A stretch of 64,000 bases of DNA from the human T2T-CHM13v2.0 reference genome, Homo sapiens: the NCBI RefSeq assembly GCF_009914755.1, contig NC_060947.1; one strand, 5' to 3'. Shown here one piece after another: positions 18,915 through 44,700 of the stretch; within the stretch, counting starts at the first letter, position 1, and every line of letters begins with the position of its first letter. The notes under the pieces were generated by a model that worked only from the letters and a program-made list of their open reading frames with translations, was not told where the DNA came from and made no database searches. The position numbers and the translations under genes are program-made.

Positions 18915-19508
18915 TTTTTAAAATTTTTATTTTATGTTCCAGGTGCAGAACGTGCAGGTTTGTTACATAGGTAAATGTGTACCATGGTGGTTTGCTGCAC
19001 CTGTCAACCCATCACCTAGGTATGAAGCCCGGTATGCATTAGCTATTTATCCTGATGCTCTCCCTCCCTCCCTGCCCCGACAGGCCCTGGTGTGTGTTAT
19101 TCCCCTCCCTGTGTCCGTGTGTTCTTGTTCAGCTCTTATGAGTGAGAACATGTGTTTGGTTTTCTGTTCCTGTGTTCGTTTGCTGAGGAGGATGGCTTCC
19201 AGCTTCGTCCATGTCCCTGCAAAGGACATGATCTCATTCTTTTATATGGCTGCATACTATTCTATGGTGTATATGCACCATATTTCTTAATCCAGTCTAT
19301 CATTGATGGGCATTCGGGTTGGTTCCATGTCTTTGCTATTGTGAATAGTGCTGTAATAATCATACATGTGCATGTATTTTTGTAATAGAATGATTTCTAG
19401 TCCTTTAATAGTAATAGTTCCTTCAAATGTAATGGGATTGCTGGGTCTATTCCTTTACTAGTAATAGTTCCTTTAATAGTAATGGGATTGCTGGGTCAAA
19501 TGGTAGTT
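18915..19508 (-). mobile_element. 5'-truncated L1PA (about PA8-PA11) 3' end inserted in an old L1ME remnant
   Basis: Reverse-complement L1 3'UTR (GTGCAGGTTTGTTACATAGG…GCAAAGGACATGATCTCATTC). Flanks at 18790-18910 and 19700-19980 look like diverged L1M 3' sequence. Confidence 0.85.
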
Positions 19509-19700
19509 AACTACATTGTCTATTGAATATTGGTAGTTAATTATATATTAACTACCAGTACATATATAACTGGTAGTTAATTATATATTAGTATATACCA
19601 TTAAATTATATGTTAGTATATACCAGTAAATACTGGTAGTTAATATTATTAACTACCAGTAAATATGTAACTGGTAGTTAATTATATTGTCTATTGAATA
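19501..19700. repeat. AT-rich quasi-palindromic repeat built from TGGTAGTTAA/TTAACTACCA units
   Basis: Hairpins at 19531-19557 (11-bp arms) and 19631-19661 (15-bp arms, 1-nt spacer). Direct repeat ATTGTCTATTGAATA at 19515 and 19686. Confidence 0.9.
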
Positions 19701-20127
19701 CTGTTTTTACATTTTAACATTTTTCCATATATCTATTCTTCAAAACTAAATTATGGTTATATAGCAGCACAATGTGTGAATATACTATAATTTCATTATT
19801 TCCCATTATTTGGTATTTCGTCAGTTTTCAGTATTTTACGACAATGAATAATGACTTCATGAGCATCTTTATACAGAAATCTTTGCCTCAATCTGATCAT
19901 TTCCTTCATATTGGTTTCTATAAATTGATTATTGGTTGAATGAGTATGAAGTCTGTATTGCAAAATTGATTTAGGAAAGGTGTGGGAGATACATTCTGAA
20001 ACTGGGCATGTCTTCTGCTGGATAGATGAGGAGAAATAAGAGCAGGAATTAACAGACACATTACTTAGAGCTGCTAATTGGGGCTGGGTGCAGGCAAAAA
20101 AAAAATGTAGGAATAAAATTGCCAAAT

Positions 20128-28570
<8,443 letters not shown>

Positions 28571-29009
28571 AAAAGAAAATGTGGCACATATACACTGTGG
28601 AATACTATGCAGCCATAAAAAATGATGAGTTCATGTCCTTTGTAGGGACATGGATGAAGCTGGAAACTATCATTCTCAGCAAACGTTCGCAAGGACAAAA
28701 AACCAAACACTGCATGTTCGCACTCATAGGTGGGACTTGAACAATGAGAACACATGGACACAGGAAGGGGAGCATCACACACCAGGGACTGTTGTGGGGT
28801 GGGGGGAGTGGGGAGGGATAGCATTAGGAGATATACCTAATGCTAAATGACGAGTTAATGGGTGCAGCACACCAACATGGCACATGTATACATATGTAAC
28901 GAACCTGCACATTGTGTACATGTAACCTAAAACTTAAAGTATAATAATAATAAGAAAAATGAATAAATAAATAAAAATAAAAATACGTTGTGCAAAGTGA
29001 AAAAAAAAA
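28571..29009 (+). mobile_element. Second L1PA4-like 3' end (AAGAAAATGTGG... to poly(A)) directly after the first tail
   Basis: Repeats the 28188-28560 region with different diagnostic bases (caccAAcatgg vs caccAGcatgg; caaGGacaa vs caaGAacaa). Confidence 0.9.
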
Positions 29010-29280
29010 GAAGCTCAGGAAAGGTTTTTCCTTACCAGCTCTCCATAAAAGTTGTCTTCAAAGACAGTTCTTTGGCTATGCAGAAATCCTAAATTGCAAA
29101 CCCATTTTGATTGTTTTATTAGGGTACTCCCAGCTGAGAGATGTTAAAGGCTGGAGGATACTGACTTCTGTTATTATCCAGGTCTATTGGAACATCCTGT
29201 GGCTTTACTCAGCAGGTGAGGGTGCAATCATCTCACAATCTCCTGACTCCACTTTGAAGTCTTAGCCTTGAGTACATCCT
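29010..29280 (-). mobile_element. Partial 3' LTR of a class I ERV
   Basis: Diverged direct repeat of 39670-39950, with shared blocks GCAGAAATCCTAAATTGCAAACCCATT, CCCAGCTGAGA and TATTGGAACATCCTGTGGCTTTA. Confidence 0.85.
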
Positions 29281-34888
<5,608 letters not shown>

Positions 34889-37800
34889 AACTTATAACCT
34901 TGTTGAACAGTGAGTCCTCTTATGTGTCATTCTGAGTAGGGTTTTTTTCATAGATTCTAATAATACCAATTTATTATTGGAACCATACCATAAATCTCTT
35001 GTTGGGCAAATAATGCAACCATTATCAGCCCAAATAAATTTTTATTTATGTGGTACTCAAGACTGACCATGTTTAACAACATCATTTATATCCTTTTTTG
35101 GAAAATAATGTTAGCTGTAAGGTTTTCAGTCTTAGTAAAACTCAAGGCAGGCACTTTTACTGCATGATCAGCCAAGTTGTTTCCTTTATCCTCATCAGAT
35201 TTCAATTTTAATTACTTGTAAATTTTAAAATAACTAAAAGAGTATAACTGGATTTTGTAACACAAAGGATAAATTATTGCCCAGAAATTTCAATTATGGC
35301 CAAGGCAGGGGGGATGTTGAATTTTATAAATTATTGACAAAAGTTTTATTTTTAATTTGATTCCCTTTGGAGGAAAAAAAAATTCCTCTTCATTTCCAAA
35401 GCATGCTACTGATGAACAATCCCAAAGGCATAATGGCTACCAGTGTAAAGGTTTGCAGTTTTACCTTTTGCCAGGACACAAACTCTGGTTAAGCCATAAA
35501 TTCTGCTTGTTGGGCCAAAGTAGCCATCAAGAGCAGGGCTAATTCAACTACTTCATAAAGGATAGTGATAGAATTTCCAGCATAGTTTTCTTCATTACAT
35601 ATCATATATGATCCATCAGTAAACCATGAAAGTTATGTGTTTGGTACAGGAGTTTCTTGTAAATCAACTCTAGGCTTTAGTGGCTAGTCAATTCAATTTA
35701 GACAGTCATGAGGTGTCTTCATCAGGTGGGGGAAGGAGGGTTGCTGGATTAAGATTATTGCAGTCAGAAAGAATAATACCAGGAAAAATCAAAAGCAACT
35801 TCTTAGAATAAATGAGTCTTCTTGCAGATAGATGTTGAGTATCATAAGAGTTGAGTAAAGTTTCTACAGCATGAGGAACATAGATAGTGAGAGGTGATCC
35901 CATGACTATTTCTTTCATATATTTAGACAAAGCCACAGTGGCTCATATAGCTCTCATGCAGGGAGAAAGTCCCTTAGCTACTGAATCTAATTGCTGGCTA
36001 TAATAGCCAAGGAGTCTGTATTGATCTCCACATTTTGGGGTAAAGACCTCTAATGCATGTCCTTCTCTTTCATGCATGAAAAGGAAGGAGGGGAGCTCAT
36101 AATTGGGGTGCCCTAAGGCAGAACTCAGAAAGTCTTTGAATTGATAGAAGGCTATACAAGCATTCTCTTCCCAGTCCAGGGAATCCGGTTTGCTAACTTT
36201 CAGAAGAGTGTATAATGGTTGAGCTATCAAAGAAAAATTAGGTATTCAGTTTTGACAGAACACTGCCAGGCCCAAACCCCCTTGTAATTGTCTCTTAGTC
36301 TAAGACTGAGGAAAGCTTAAAATGTTTATCAGGATCCAAGAGAAGTCCTTGGTTTGATATCTAGTGTCTTGAATATTTGATATGGGCCTGAATAGATTGG
36401 AGTTTTTCTCTGGAAACCTTTTATGGCTTTTGTCTGCTAGAAGTTTAAGGATTTGAATGCTATCATGTTCACAGACCCCTTTAGAAGGGGACAGAGAAGG
36501 AGATTATCAGCATACTGCAAGAAAGAAGATCCTTGGAGGGAAAAAAATGTCTGTTAAATCTGTCTTCAGTATCTATGAAAAGAGGGACTTTCAGTATAGG
36601 CATTACTCTCCAGGTATATTGTTGTCCTTCCCATGTAACAGCAAATAAAAATTGACTCACAGGGTTCACAAGAATGCTTTTTTGAAAAGCACTACCATGA
36701 CCTATTACTGTGAAAAACTTGCTTTCTGTGAAGATGGAAGTAAGGAAGTTATGGGGATTTGAAATGACAGCATCAAGGAATGACAATGTTATTAGTGGCT
36801 CTTAGGTCTTGTACAACTCTTCATCCTCATTCATGAGGTTTATTTATGGGAAGGATAGGGGTTTTGCAGATGCTTGTGTGAGGCACTATAAGATGATTGG
36901 CTTTATATTCTTCTATACTTGGTTTAATTATAAACCAATTGAATGAAAAAGCAATAAAGCAAGGGCTTCAGGGTTTATGGGGTATTGTCTGATATTAGGA
37001 AGGGGCTTGTTTGGGTCAATTTGAATTTTTTAGTGGGGAAGCCAAATGGATTCATCCAATGTCTGTTGTGATTTAGCCAAAAGGTCCTCAAAAACCTCTT
37101 TTAAAAGAGCTAATCTCTCATTTTTGTTATTTAGATTAAGGGCAAAATTGGACAAAGATGTTGAGGAATTTTCACTGTTGTCAGTTAAAGTAAGGGTTGT
37201 GTCCATTCCAAGAACACTCTCCCCCTTTTGGGAAAAGGAAATGGCAGCGTGACATTTTTAAGTCCCTTCAGAGTAAATTAACTGGGGTCAAAGGAGCTAG
37301 AAAAAAGAATGACTGTCCTGTCGAAGATTTAATTGAAAAAGCAAGGGTAAAGATTTGTAAACTGTTATAGGTGTATTAGAAACTCCCACCATTTGAATGT
37401 TCTCAATACTCCAAGGAAGGGGCTGCTTGAGGCAGGTGAGGTTATGCACAGGGAGTTGCTCCAATGCCAGTAATGACAGTGAGAACCTCTTTTTCAGTCA
37501 TTAGGAATATTTTGCCCAAATGATTAAGAGGCAAATTTGGAAAAATCAACTGTGTTTTCTCAGACCACTGTCAGTCCATAAGCAACATAGAGGGCAGTTT
37601 ATTAAGGGGACTTTTAGCAGGTTTTAATTGTATACTTTTTTTCAATGTCCAGACTTTTTGCAGTAGTGGCAAACCCATTTAAGATTTGGTTTTATGAAAA
37701 GGATGAGATCATGTTCTTTGCAGGAATATGGATGGTGCTGGAGGCTATTATCCTTAGCAAACTTAGGAACAAAAAAACAAATGCCACATGTTCTCACTTG

Positions 37801-39550
37801 TAAGTGTAAGCTAAATGATGAGAACTCATAAACACAAAGAAGGGAACAACTGACACTGGGTCCTACTTGAGTGTGGAGGGTGGGAGGAGAAAGAGGAGCA
37901 GAAAAAAATAACTATTGAGTACTAGGCTTAGTACCTGGATGATGAAACAATCTGTGCAACAAACCCCGTGACACAATTTACCTATATAACAAACCTGCAC
38001 ATGTACCTCCAAACCTAAAAACAAGTTTTAAAGGTTTGGCTTATGGCATTAGACTGCCATGTTTTATTATAAAGGGTATTTTCTTTGCCCTTGCTTTATT
38101 GGTCATAGAAATTTTTCAGGTTAACTTGTTGTCCAGGTTAACTAAGTCAGAGGTGGATATTGTTTCCCAATTAAGTTGAGCCAATTTAACTAGAATTACA
38201 AGCTCTTCAGCTAGGCCATTTATAAACGTAGAATTAAAGACCACTTTGGTAGATTCCACATCCAAGGGAGTCCAGTTTTCCTCAAAACTATTTCAAGTCT
38301 GTTGTAATAATCAGGTACTGCCTCACCTTCCTTTTGAGCACCAGCCAGAATACTGTTCTATTCTAGTGGCTTAGGGAATGCTAAAGGAATGCCTTCATGT
38401 AAATTTTTGGCTCTTTCTTGGGCATTTCCCCTATTGGGAGGCATATTGTGTTGGATATCAGTTAGATGATTGTTCCTACCTGCTTTTGCCATCCAGTGTT
38501 GTGGCTGACCTTCTCCAACAAGCATGTGCTTTAATTGGTAAAGGTCAGAGAAACCAGGTTCATAAGACTGGATAACAATTTGAAACTCTTCAGCAAATTC
38601 ATGAGGGCTCTCAGTAACTTTGGGGAACTCTTTAACTATAGGCCTAGGTTCAGCTTTTGTCCAAGGTGTTTGGAAATGTTTAAGAGAGGGCCATTATTAT
38701 TTGGATGGAGCTTAAATAGGTGAATTTGAATAGGTTTAGAAGAATGAGGGAATCAAGGGAAGCTTTGGGATGATAAGAACAGAAGTTCAGCAAGTACAGG
38801 ATATAGAGACTGAGGAGCAGGAGAAGTAGAAAAATGAGAGTAAGGGGAAGAAACCTGGGCCTTGAGGACTTTTCCTTTCTTTCAATTTTTTTATTCACCT
38901 TTGTGAGTTTAGAGACTTTGTTTTGGAGGGAGGCAATTTTAGAGTCCTGAATGAGTTTGGACACTTCTAAATCTAATTAAAATCAGCACCTCATTTAGGT
39001 TTTATTGTTTTAAAACCATGGTCTTCTCCATTTAGTTCAGAGAAAACCTAGTTTAAATAAATCAAAGGAACACCAATTTGGCCATTGTAATTTCAAAATG
39101 TCTTTTATGTAAAAGGTCCATGGTTCCAGATAAACACATGTGGAGAGTCCATAATTTTTGAACATATAACTATCTTGAATCCCAGAAGGGGGACAATAAT
39201 TACAAAGATTAGAATTAAAGAATCCCATATTTATAATGCTAATTTTACTCATCAATGGAAGAACTCCTAACCAATATGAAATTTTCTGACAAAAGCAGGA
39301 AAACTCCTGCACAAGGTAAGAGCTTTTGCCAGAACAATTGGAACAGCTGTTCCCAAACTCTCAAAGGCATTGTCCTCAACTAAAGGGAAGGAGGATGGGG
39401 CCTGAGAGGACTTACCAATGACCATATCAGCAATCCGAAGAGATGGAGAGCATAAGGAGCTCTTTCTTGTGGGTACGTCACCTGATTTCAGAAAACAGAG
39501 GTCCACTGGAAGGTAAAATCACTTAAGGTCTGACTTCTGTAATCCAGCTA
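34889..39550 (-). mobile_element. Class I (gammaretrovirus-like, MER4-group-like) ERV internal region: decayed gag-pro-RT-RNaseH
   Basis: Minus-strand peptides include gag MA-like PPSG…FKNYG…QWP (39037-39312), a zinc knuckle CHYCKKSGH (~37645-37671), RT fragments (36481-36786; IAQPLY…YYSQQLD.VAKG 35943-36230; LTIYVPHAV 35706-35936) and an RNase H WFTDGS motif (~35610-35628). Confidence 0.88.
37698..38030 (+). mobile_element. L1PA14/15-like 3' end inserted in ERV gag
   Basis: L1 3'UTR sequence flanked by imperfect TSDs AAGATTTGGTTTTATG and AAGGTTTGGCTTATG. Confidence 0.85.
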
Positions 39551-39960
39551 TGTTAACTAAAATATATATTGATACAAAATTCAGAGAAAATACCATTTAT
39601 TTGAAAAACAAAGAATTGCAACCCAGGTACACAAAGTCAGGGCAACCCTGAATAACACACCCAGAGACAAGCACAGGAAAGCTTTATTTAAATGGGAATG
39701 ATTTCCACACACACAAAAAAATGTTGTTTTCAGAGGCAGTTTACTGTCTGGGCAGAAATCCTAAATTGCAAACCCATTCTGATTGGTAAATTAGGGTATT
39801 CCCAGCTGAGATATGTTGAAAACTGGAGGATACTGACGTCTGTTGTTATCCAAATATATTGGAACATCCTGTGGCTTTATTTTTAACAGGTAGGTGTGCA
39901 ATCCTCTCACAGTATCCTGACTCTAAAGCCGTAGCCTTAAGTATTTCATTTTCTTTCACA
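39551..39960 (-). mobile_element. 5' LTR of the class I ERV
   Basis: TG…CA termini (TGTTAAC at 39551, TTTCACA at 39960). Minus-strand AATAAA at ~39596-39601. Homologous to 29010-29280. Confidence 0.85.
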
Positions 39961-41114
39961 CCCACACTAGTGAAGGTTTAATAAACTAAAATAGGATGTA
40001 CATAACAGGGGCCAAATAGAAAGAGGAGTTAGTGAAAAATTACAAAGGCTTGGTACTTTCAGTTGTTGGGGAGATTTTTAGAGGCCTTTTTTCCTCCGGC
40101 TGATTATTTTTGGTGGCTAAGGAAAGAAAATTTCAAATAAATGAACCTTTAAACTGATACTCTTAACATCCATATTTGAAGGGAAAAACATCTGAGCCCC
40201 ATTTTCCATGATATCTCTAATATTCATCTGACAATCTATAGGTGCTTAATGAGTAATCAATTATAACATGTTATAAAATCTTCAGTTTCATTTGTCTTTC
40301 TGTTTGGCTTTTGTCTCTAAGTCTTGACTTTTCTTCATCTCTGTCTAAACCTTCCATTTGCTCAAAGTGCTGAAAACAGTCAACAAATAAATTTGTGTGG
40401 GCAAGTGGGAATGATAACTCTACTGACTACCCCACTGAATTCACCTGATTCATGTTAGTGTTGGTTTGGCTTCTGAGACTAATGAGCTTTGTCATAATCC
40501 AGGCTCTAAGTAAGAATTAAGTCTCAATGGGTAGAAAGAATGCCTGGTTAAAAGACACCAGAATGCCACATACCACAAGATTAAGGAAAATGGATTGATG
40601 ACTCATAGCATGCCCACACTGGTGCCAGAAGTTGTAATGAAGGGAAGAATTAGTCAAGACTAACCAAGAAGAATAGGGCAAGTGAAGGGATGTATGCTAT
40701 TGGATCTGAATAAATCAGAGTGTTTCCCAAAGATTGTTCTTCATTTCCTCCTCAGACTAGTAATGGCTGACAGAGACAATTTATGTTCATGTTGTCTAGT
40801 TGTTTAACAGAAAAGATTGGCCATGGGACATGGCTTGATGACTTGGGCAATGATTTAGAATATGTGAAAATGAATAGTTCCTCAAGAAATGTCAGCAACT
40901 GGGCCTATAACACACAATCTACTTTAAAATCTCACTCTGTTTTCTAGGTATGCAATAGGTCTTTTCCACTTCTTAATTGGTTGAGCTACAACAGAATGTA
41001 AAGTAGAACTAAAGATAAGCATGAAAATAGATCATGGACCAAGGAGTAGGAAAAGAAAGAATACTTGGGTTTTGGAAGCTGCAGTGAGACTTTGCATCTG
41101 AGGTAGAGGAAAAG

Positions 41115-41307
41115 TGGTTTGTGGAAAAAGCACTGAACTTGGATTGTGTGGATTCAAATTCTGTCTCCACGTCTTACTAGCTTTGAGATTACTTAGTCTT
41201 TGATAAGTTTATGAAATGGGAAGAATATAATAATCTTTGTCTTGCAGGACTATTGTGAGGATCTAATTAAGTCATGGATGTGGAAGAGCTTTCGAAATTG
41301 TAAAGTG
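41115..41307 (+). mobile_element. MIR SINE
   Basis: GGATTCAAATTCTGTCTCCAC..CTTACTAGC…ATGAAATGGG…TATTGTGAGGAT…TGTAAAGTG. Confidence 0.65.
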
Positions 41308-41789
41308 AAGGGGAAGGTATTGTTGTTGTCTGGGACATCTCCACGCATACTGGCTACAAGGGCACTGTGGAGAAAAAGGAGAAATCCTCTCCCTCAGGGG
41401 AGCTGTATCCAGTGAACTCCTACAGCTGTCAGCCTCTAATCAATCCTCTTGGGAAGTCCAAAGTTTGTGTGAAACCTCAGTGGCATGTAGTACTAAAGAT
41501 TACTAACTAATTTACCTTTCCTTTTGGTTTTCTTCCTCCAAATGTAGGCTTTTAAAGGAAACTTGCTCTTTTATTCCCTTTAAATCTTTCCAACTGACCT
41601 CCAGAAAGCTGACATAATAGTTTTAAGCAGATTATGCCTTGCTGTCCTAATATCAGGCAGTATTATATTGGCATTGTTTACCAGTTTTGAGAATGTAGCC
41701 CAAACACTTTCATTCAGGCCTCTCCATGACAAGTAACATATTTGCGAGATTGCTACCTACAGTTGAGGGGTTAGCTTGTGATTCTAGAA

Positions 41790-41853
41790 CAAGGGGAACA
41801 TGTAAGATTTAAATGCAGTGGTTTGGCATTAGGAGCATGATGTTCTAACCAAC
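41790..41853 (-). mobile_element. Ancient tRNA-derived SINE head (MamSINE1-like)
   Basis: TTGGCATTAGGAGCATGATGTTCTAACCAACT resembles the reverse complement of a tRNA-Ile-like SINE head. It is too degraded to be a tRNA gene. Confidence 0.35.
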
Positions 41854-43141
41854 TCTTTGAATTTAATTTTAAGCTTCCAGGAACCATATTATAGGATGAC
41901 ATAAAATGTTGGCTATAAATAAAGATCTTTGAGGTCATCTACTCCAAAAGAAACAAGAAAGCACAGTCCCAGAGTGGAGTCAGAGACTTGGTTTTAATGG
42001 CAGAGTTGGAACTGAAGCTAAAGTTGCCTTATTTTCAATGTAGTATTTCTTATTCTGTTTCCATTGAATTATTTTCACTTTAAGTACAGGACCACCTCCT
42101 TTCTCTATGCCTATTTCTGGACAAATTGTCACTGAATCAGGCAAATTATCCAAGAAGCATGTTGCCAACTGTTTGATAATTTAGAGATGTCAGATAGCTG
42201 TCAAAGAGTGGGCCTAAAAATTTAACTTTTCACAGGCTATATTTTTGTTTTCCCCTTTTTATTACATTTTCATCGAAAGCTGTGACTACCGTATTGTATC
42301 CATACCTTTTCTTACATTTTATAGTCTTTATCAAGTTTGGCTGTAGCATATGCATTCCAGTTGATATTAGAGTTTACATGAGTTCAGTTGCTTCCTCTGA
42401 AAAATAAAAAGGGGTGGAAAATAAATGGTATTTGGAAAAAATGACCTCAAAGATTCTAGCTTTAGCATTCTATGATTTTAGGATTTAAATATTTTTTCAT
42501 TGTAGGGTTTTTGACAATTCCCAATTTTTCATTAATAAAAATATCAATCATTTTGTACAAATATTTTTTAATTTATTTATAAGTGTTTCCTTAGGCTACA
42601 TTCCAAAAGTGAGATTGCTGGGTTAAAGAGCAAGCTGACTTTTTAATGACCTCTCAATGCATAATGCCAAACTGCTCTCTATAAAGATTTATACTGCCTA
42701 GTTATATCATTATAGCAGTTCATAATTGTTCCTGCTTCTTGACAACCTTTCCAACATTGGTTCCTTTATTATTATTTTATTTTTTATTTGTCCAGACTTA
42801 ACAGATACAAGTGTAGTGTTTTTACATGGATATATCGTGTAGTGGTGGAGTCTAAACTTCTAGGGTAGGCATCACCTGAATAATGAACATTGTACCCATT
42901 AAGTAATTTCTCATCCCCCTCCCCCTCCCACACTCCCACCATTTCAAGTCTCCAGTGTTTATTAATTTACATTCTATGTCCCTGTGATCACACTACTTAG
43001 CCCCTTCTTTTATAAGTGAGAACATGTGGTATTTGATTTTGTTTCTGAGTTGTTACACTTAAGATAATGGCCTCCAGTTCCATTCATGTTGCTCCAAAAG
43101 ACATGATTTTATTATTTTTTATGGCTGAATAGTATTCCACT

Positions 43142-43142
43142 C

Positions 43143-43179
<37 letters not shown>
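43142..43179. repeat. (TG)n(TA)n microsatellite
   Basis: Read directly. Confidence 0.9.
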
Positions 43180-43500
43180 CATTTACTTTATCCAATAATC
43201 AGTTGACAAGCAGGTTGATTCCATATCTTTGTTATAGTGAAGAGTACTGTGATAAACATATGAGTGCAGGTAGCTTTTTTATATAATGATTACCTCTGGG
43301 TAGATACCCAGTAGTAGAATTGCTGGATCGAATAGTAGTTCTAGTTTTAGTTCTTTGAGAAATCTCCATGCTGTTCTCCATAGAGGCTGTAGTAATTTAC
43401 ATTCCCACCAACAGTGTATAAGTGTTCTCTTTTTGCTGCATCCTCACCAACATGTTATTTTTTAACTTTTTGGTAATAGGCATCCTAACTGATGTAAAAT

Positions 43501-43978
43501 TGCTGGGTCTGACCCACAGACCCTGGCCGAACGATGGATGAACAAATGCACTCCAACACAGATATCCAGTGAAAGAGTGGGCTAGGGGACCAGGCCGCTC
43601 ACAGAAAGAGTTGTAGCAGCCGTGGCCCTGACAAGCTGGCACTGTGGGCATTTATTTAGTACAGATTTAATGACAAAGGCCTTGAGTTAACACACTTGTG
43701 GGTAATTAACATGGTTGCCCCCCCCCACCACCTCCCAAGACAGCAGTCCTGTGTGCAAATGATTAAAGGCCAGGTTCTGAGGCCTAAGTAAACTAACTTT
43801 TCTAGATCAGTTTCTTTACATCCCCTTGTTATCCAACCTAATCTTTCAGGCACTGGATAAGAGAATTTGGCTGCCCTTAGCTATATCCTTTTCCAAAGCT
43901 CTTGTAAAACCACCCAGCCTTTGAAGAAGGTTTGCATCTTTCTACAACTTTTCCCACCACCCTGACCAATCTCCTACA
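43501..43978 (-). mobile_element. Solo LTR22-family LTR (HERV-K22/HML-5)
   Basis: Reverse complement starts TGTAGGAGATTGGTCAGGGTGGTGGGAAAAG and ends …GACCCAGCA. It is flanked by TAAAAT duplications (43495-43500, 43979-43984). Confidence 0.85.
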
Positions 43979-44405
43979 TAAAATGATATCTCATTGTGGT
44001 TTAAATTTGCATTTCTCTGATTAGCAATGTTGAACATTTTTTTCATATGCTTATTGGCCATTTGCATGTCTTTTGAGAAATGTCTGTTCATGTTCTTTGC
44101 CCACTTTTTAATGGGCTTATTGGGTTTGTGGTTGTTGTTGAGTTCTTTGTAAATCCTGAATATTAGTCCCAATTAATATTTTGAACTAATGGTTCAAAAA
44201 TATTTTTTCCCATTCTGTAGGTTGTATGTTCACTCTGATTATTTCTTTTGCTGTGCAGAAGTTTTTTAGTTTACTTAAATCCCATTTGTCTATTTTTGGT
44301 TTTGTTGCTTGTGCTTTTGAGATCTTAATCATGAATTATTTGCCTAGACCAATGTCCAAGAGAACTTTCCCTAGGTTTTCTTCAAGTATTTTTATTGTTT
44401 GAGGT

Positions 44406-44700
44406 TGTATTAGTCCATTTTCATGCTGCTAATAAAGACATACCTGAGACTGGGAAGAAAAGGAGGTTTATTTTGACTTACAGTTCCACATGGCTGGGGA
44501 GGTCTCACAATCATGGAGGAGGGCTAAAGGCACTTCTTACATGGCAGCAGCAAAAGAAAATGAGGAAGAAGCAAAAGCAGAAACCCCTGATAAACCCATC
44601 AGATCTCATTAGATTTATTCACGACCACAAGAATATCACAAGTAACACCAGCCCCCATGATTCAATTACCTCCCACTGGGTCCCTATTCTGCATATGGAA
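44406..44700 (-). mobile_element. THE1-type MaLR LTR (partial)
   Basis: TGTATTAGTCCATTTTCATGCTGCTAATAAAGACATACCTGAGACTGGG…CCCCCATGATTCAATTACCTCCCAC. Confidence 0.85.

Noticed and set aside
19501-19700. Repeat-spacer pattern resembling a CRISPR array or miRNA hairpin
   Set aside because: The DNA is eukaryotic, spacing is irregular, units occur in both orientations and derive from the adjacent L1 end, and there are no cas genes.
41790-41853. tRNA gene
   Set aside because: Too degenerate to fold as a cloverleaf; at best an old SINE head.
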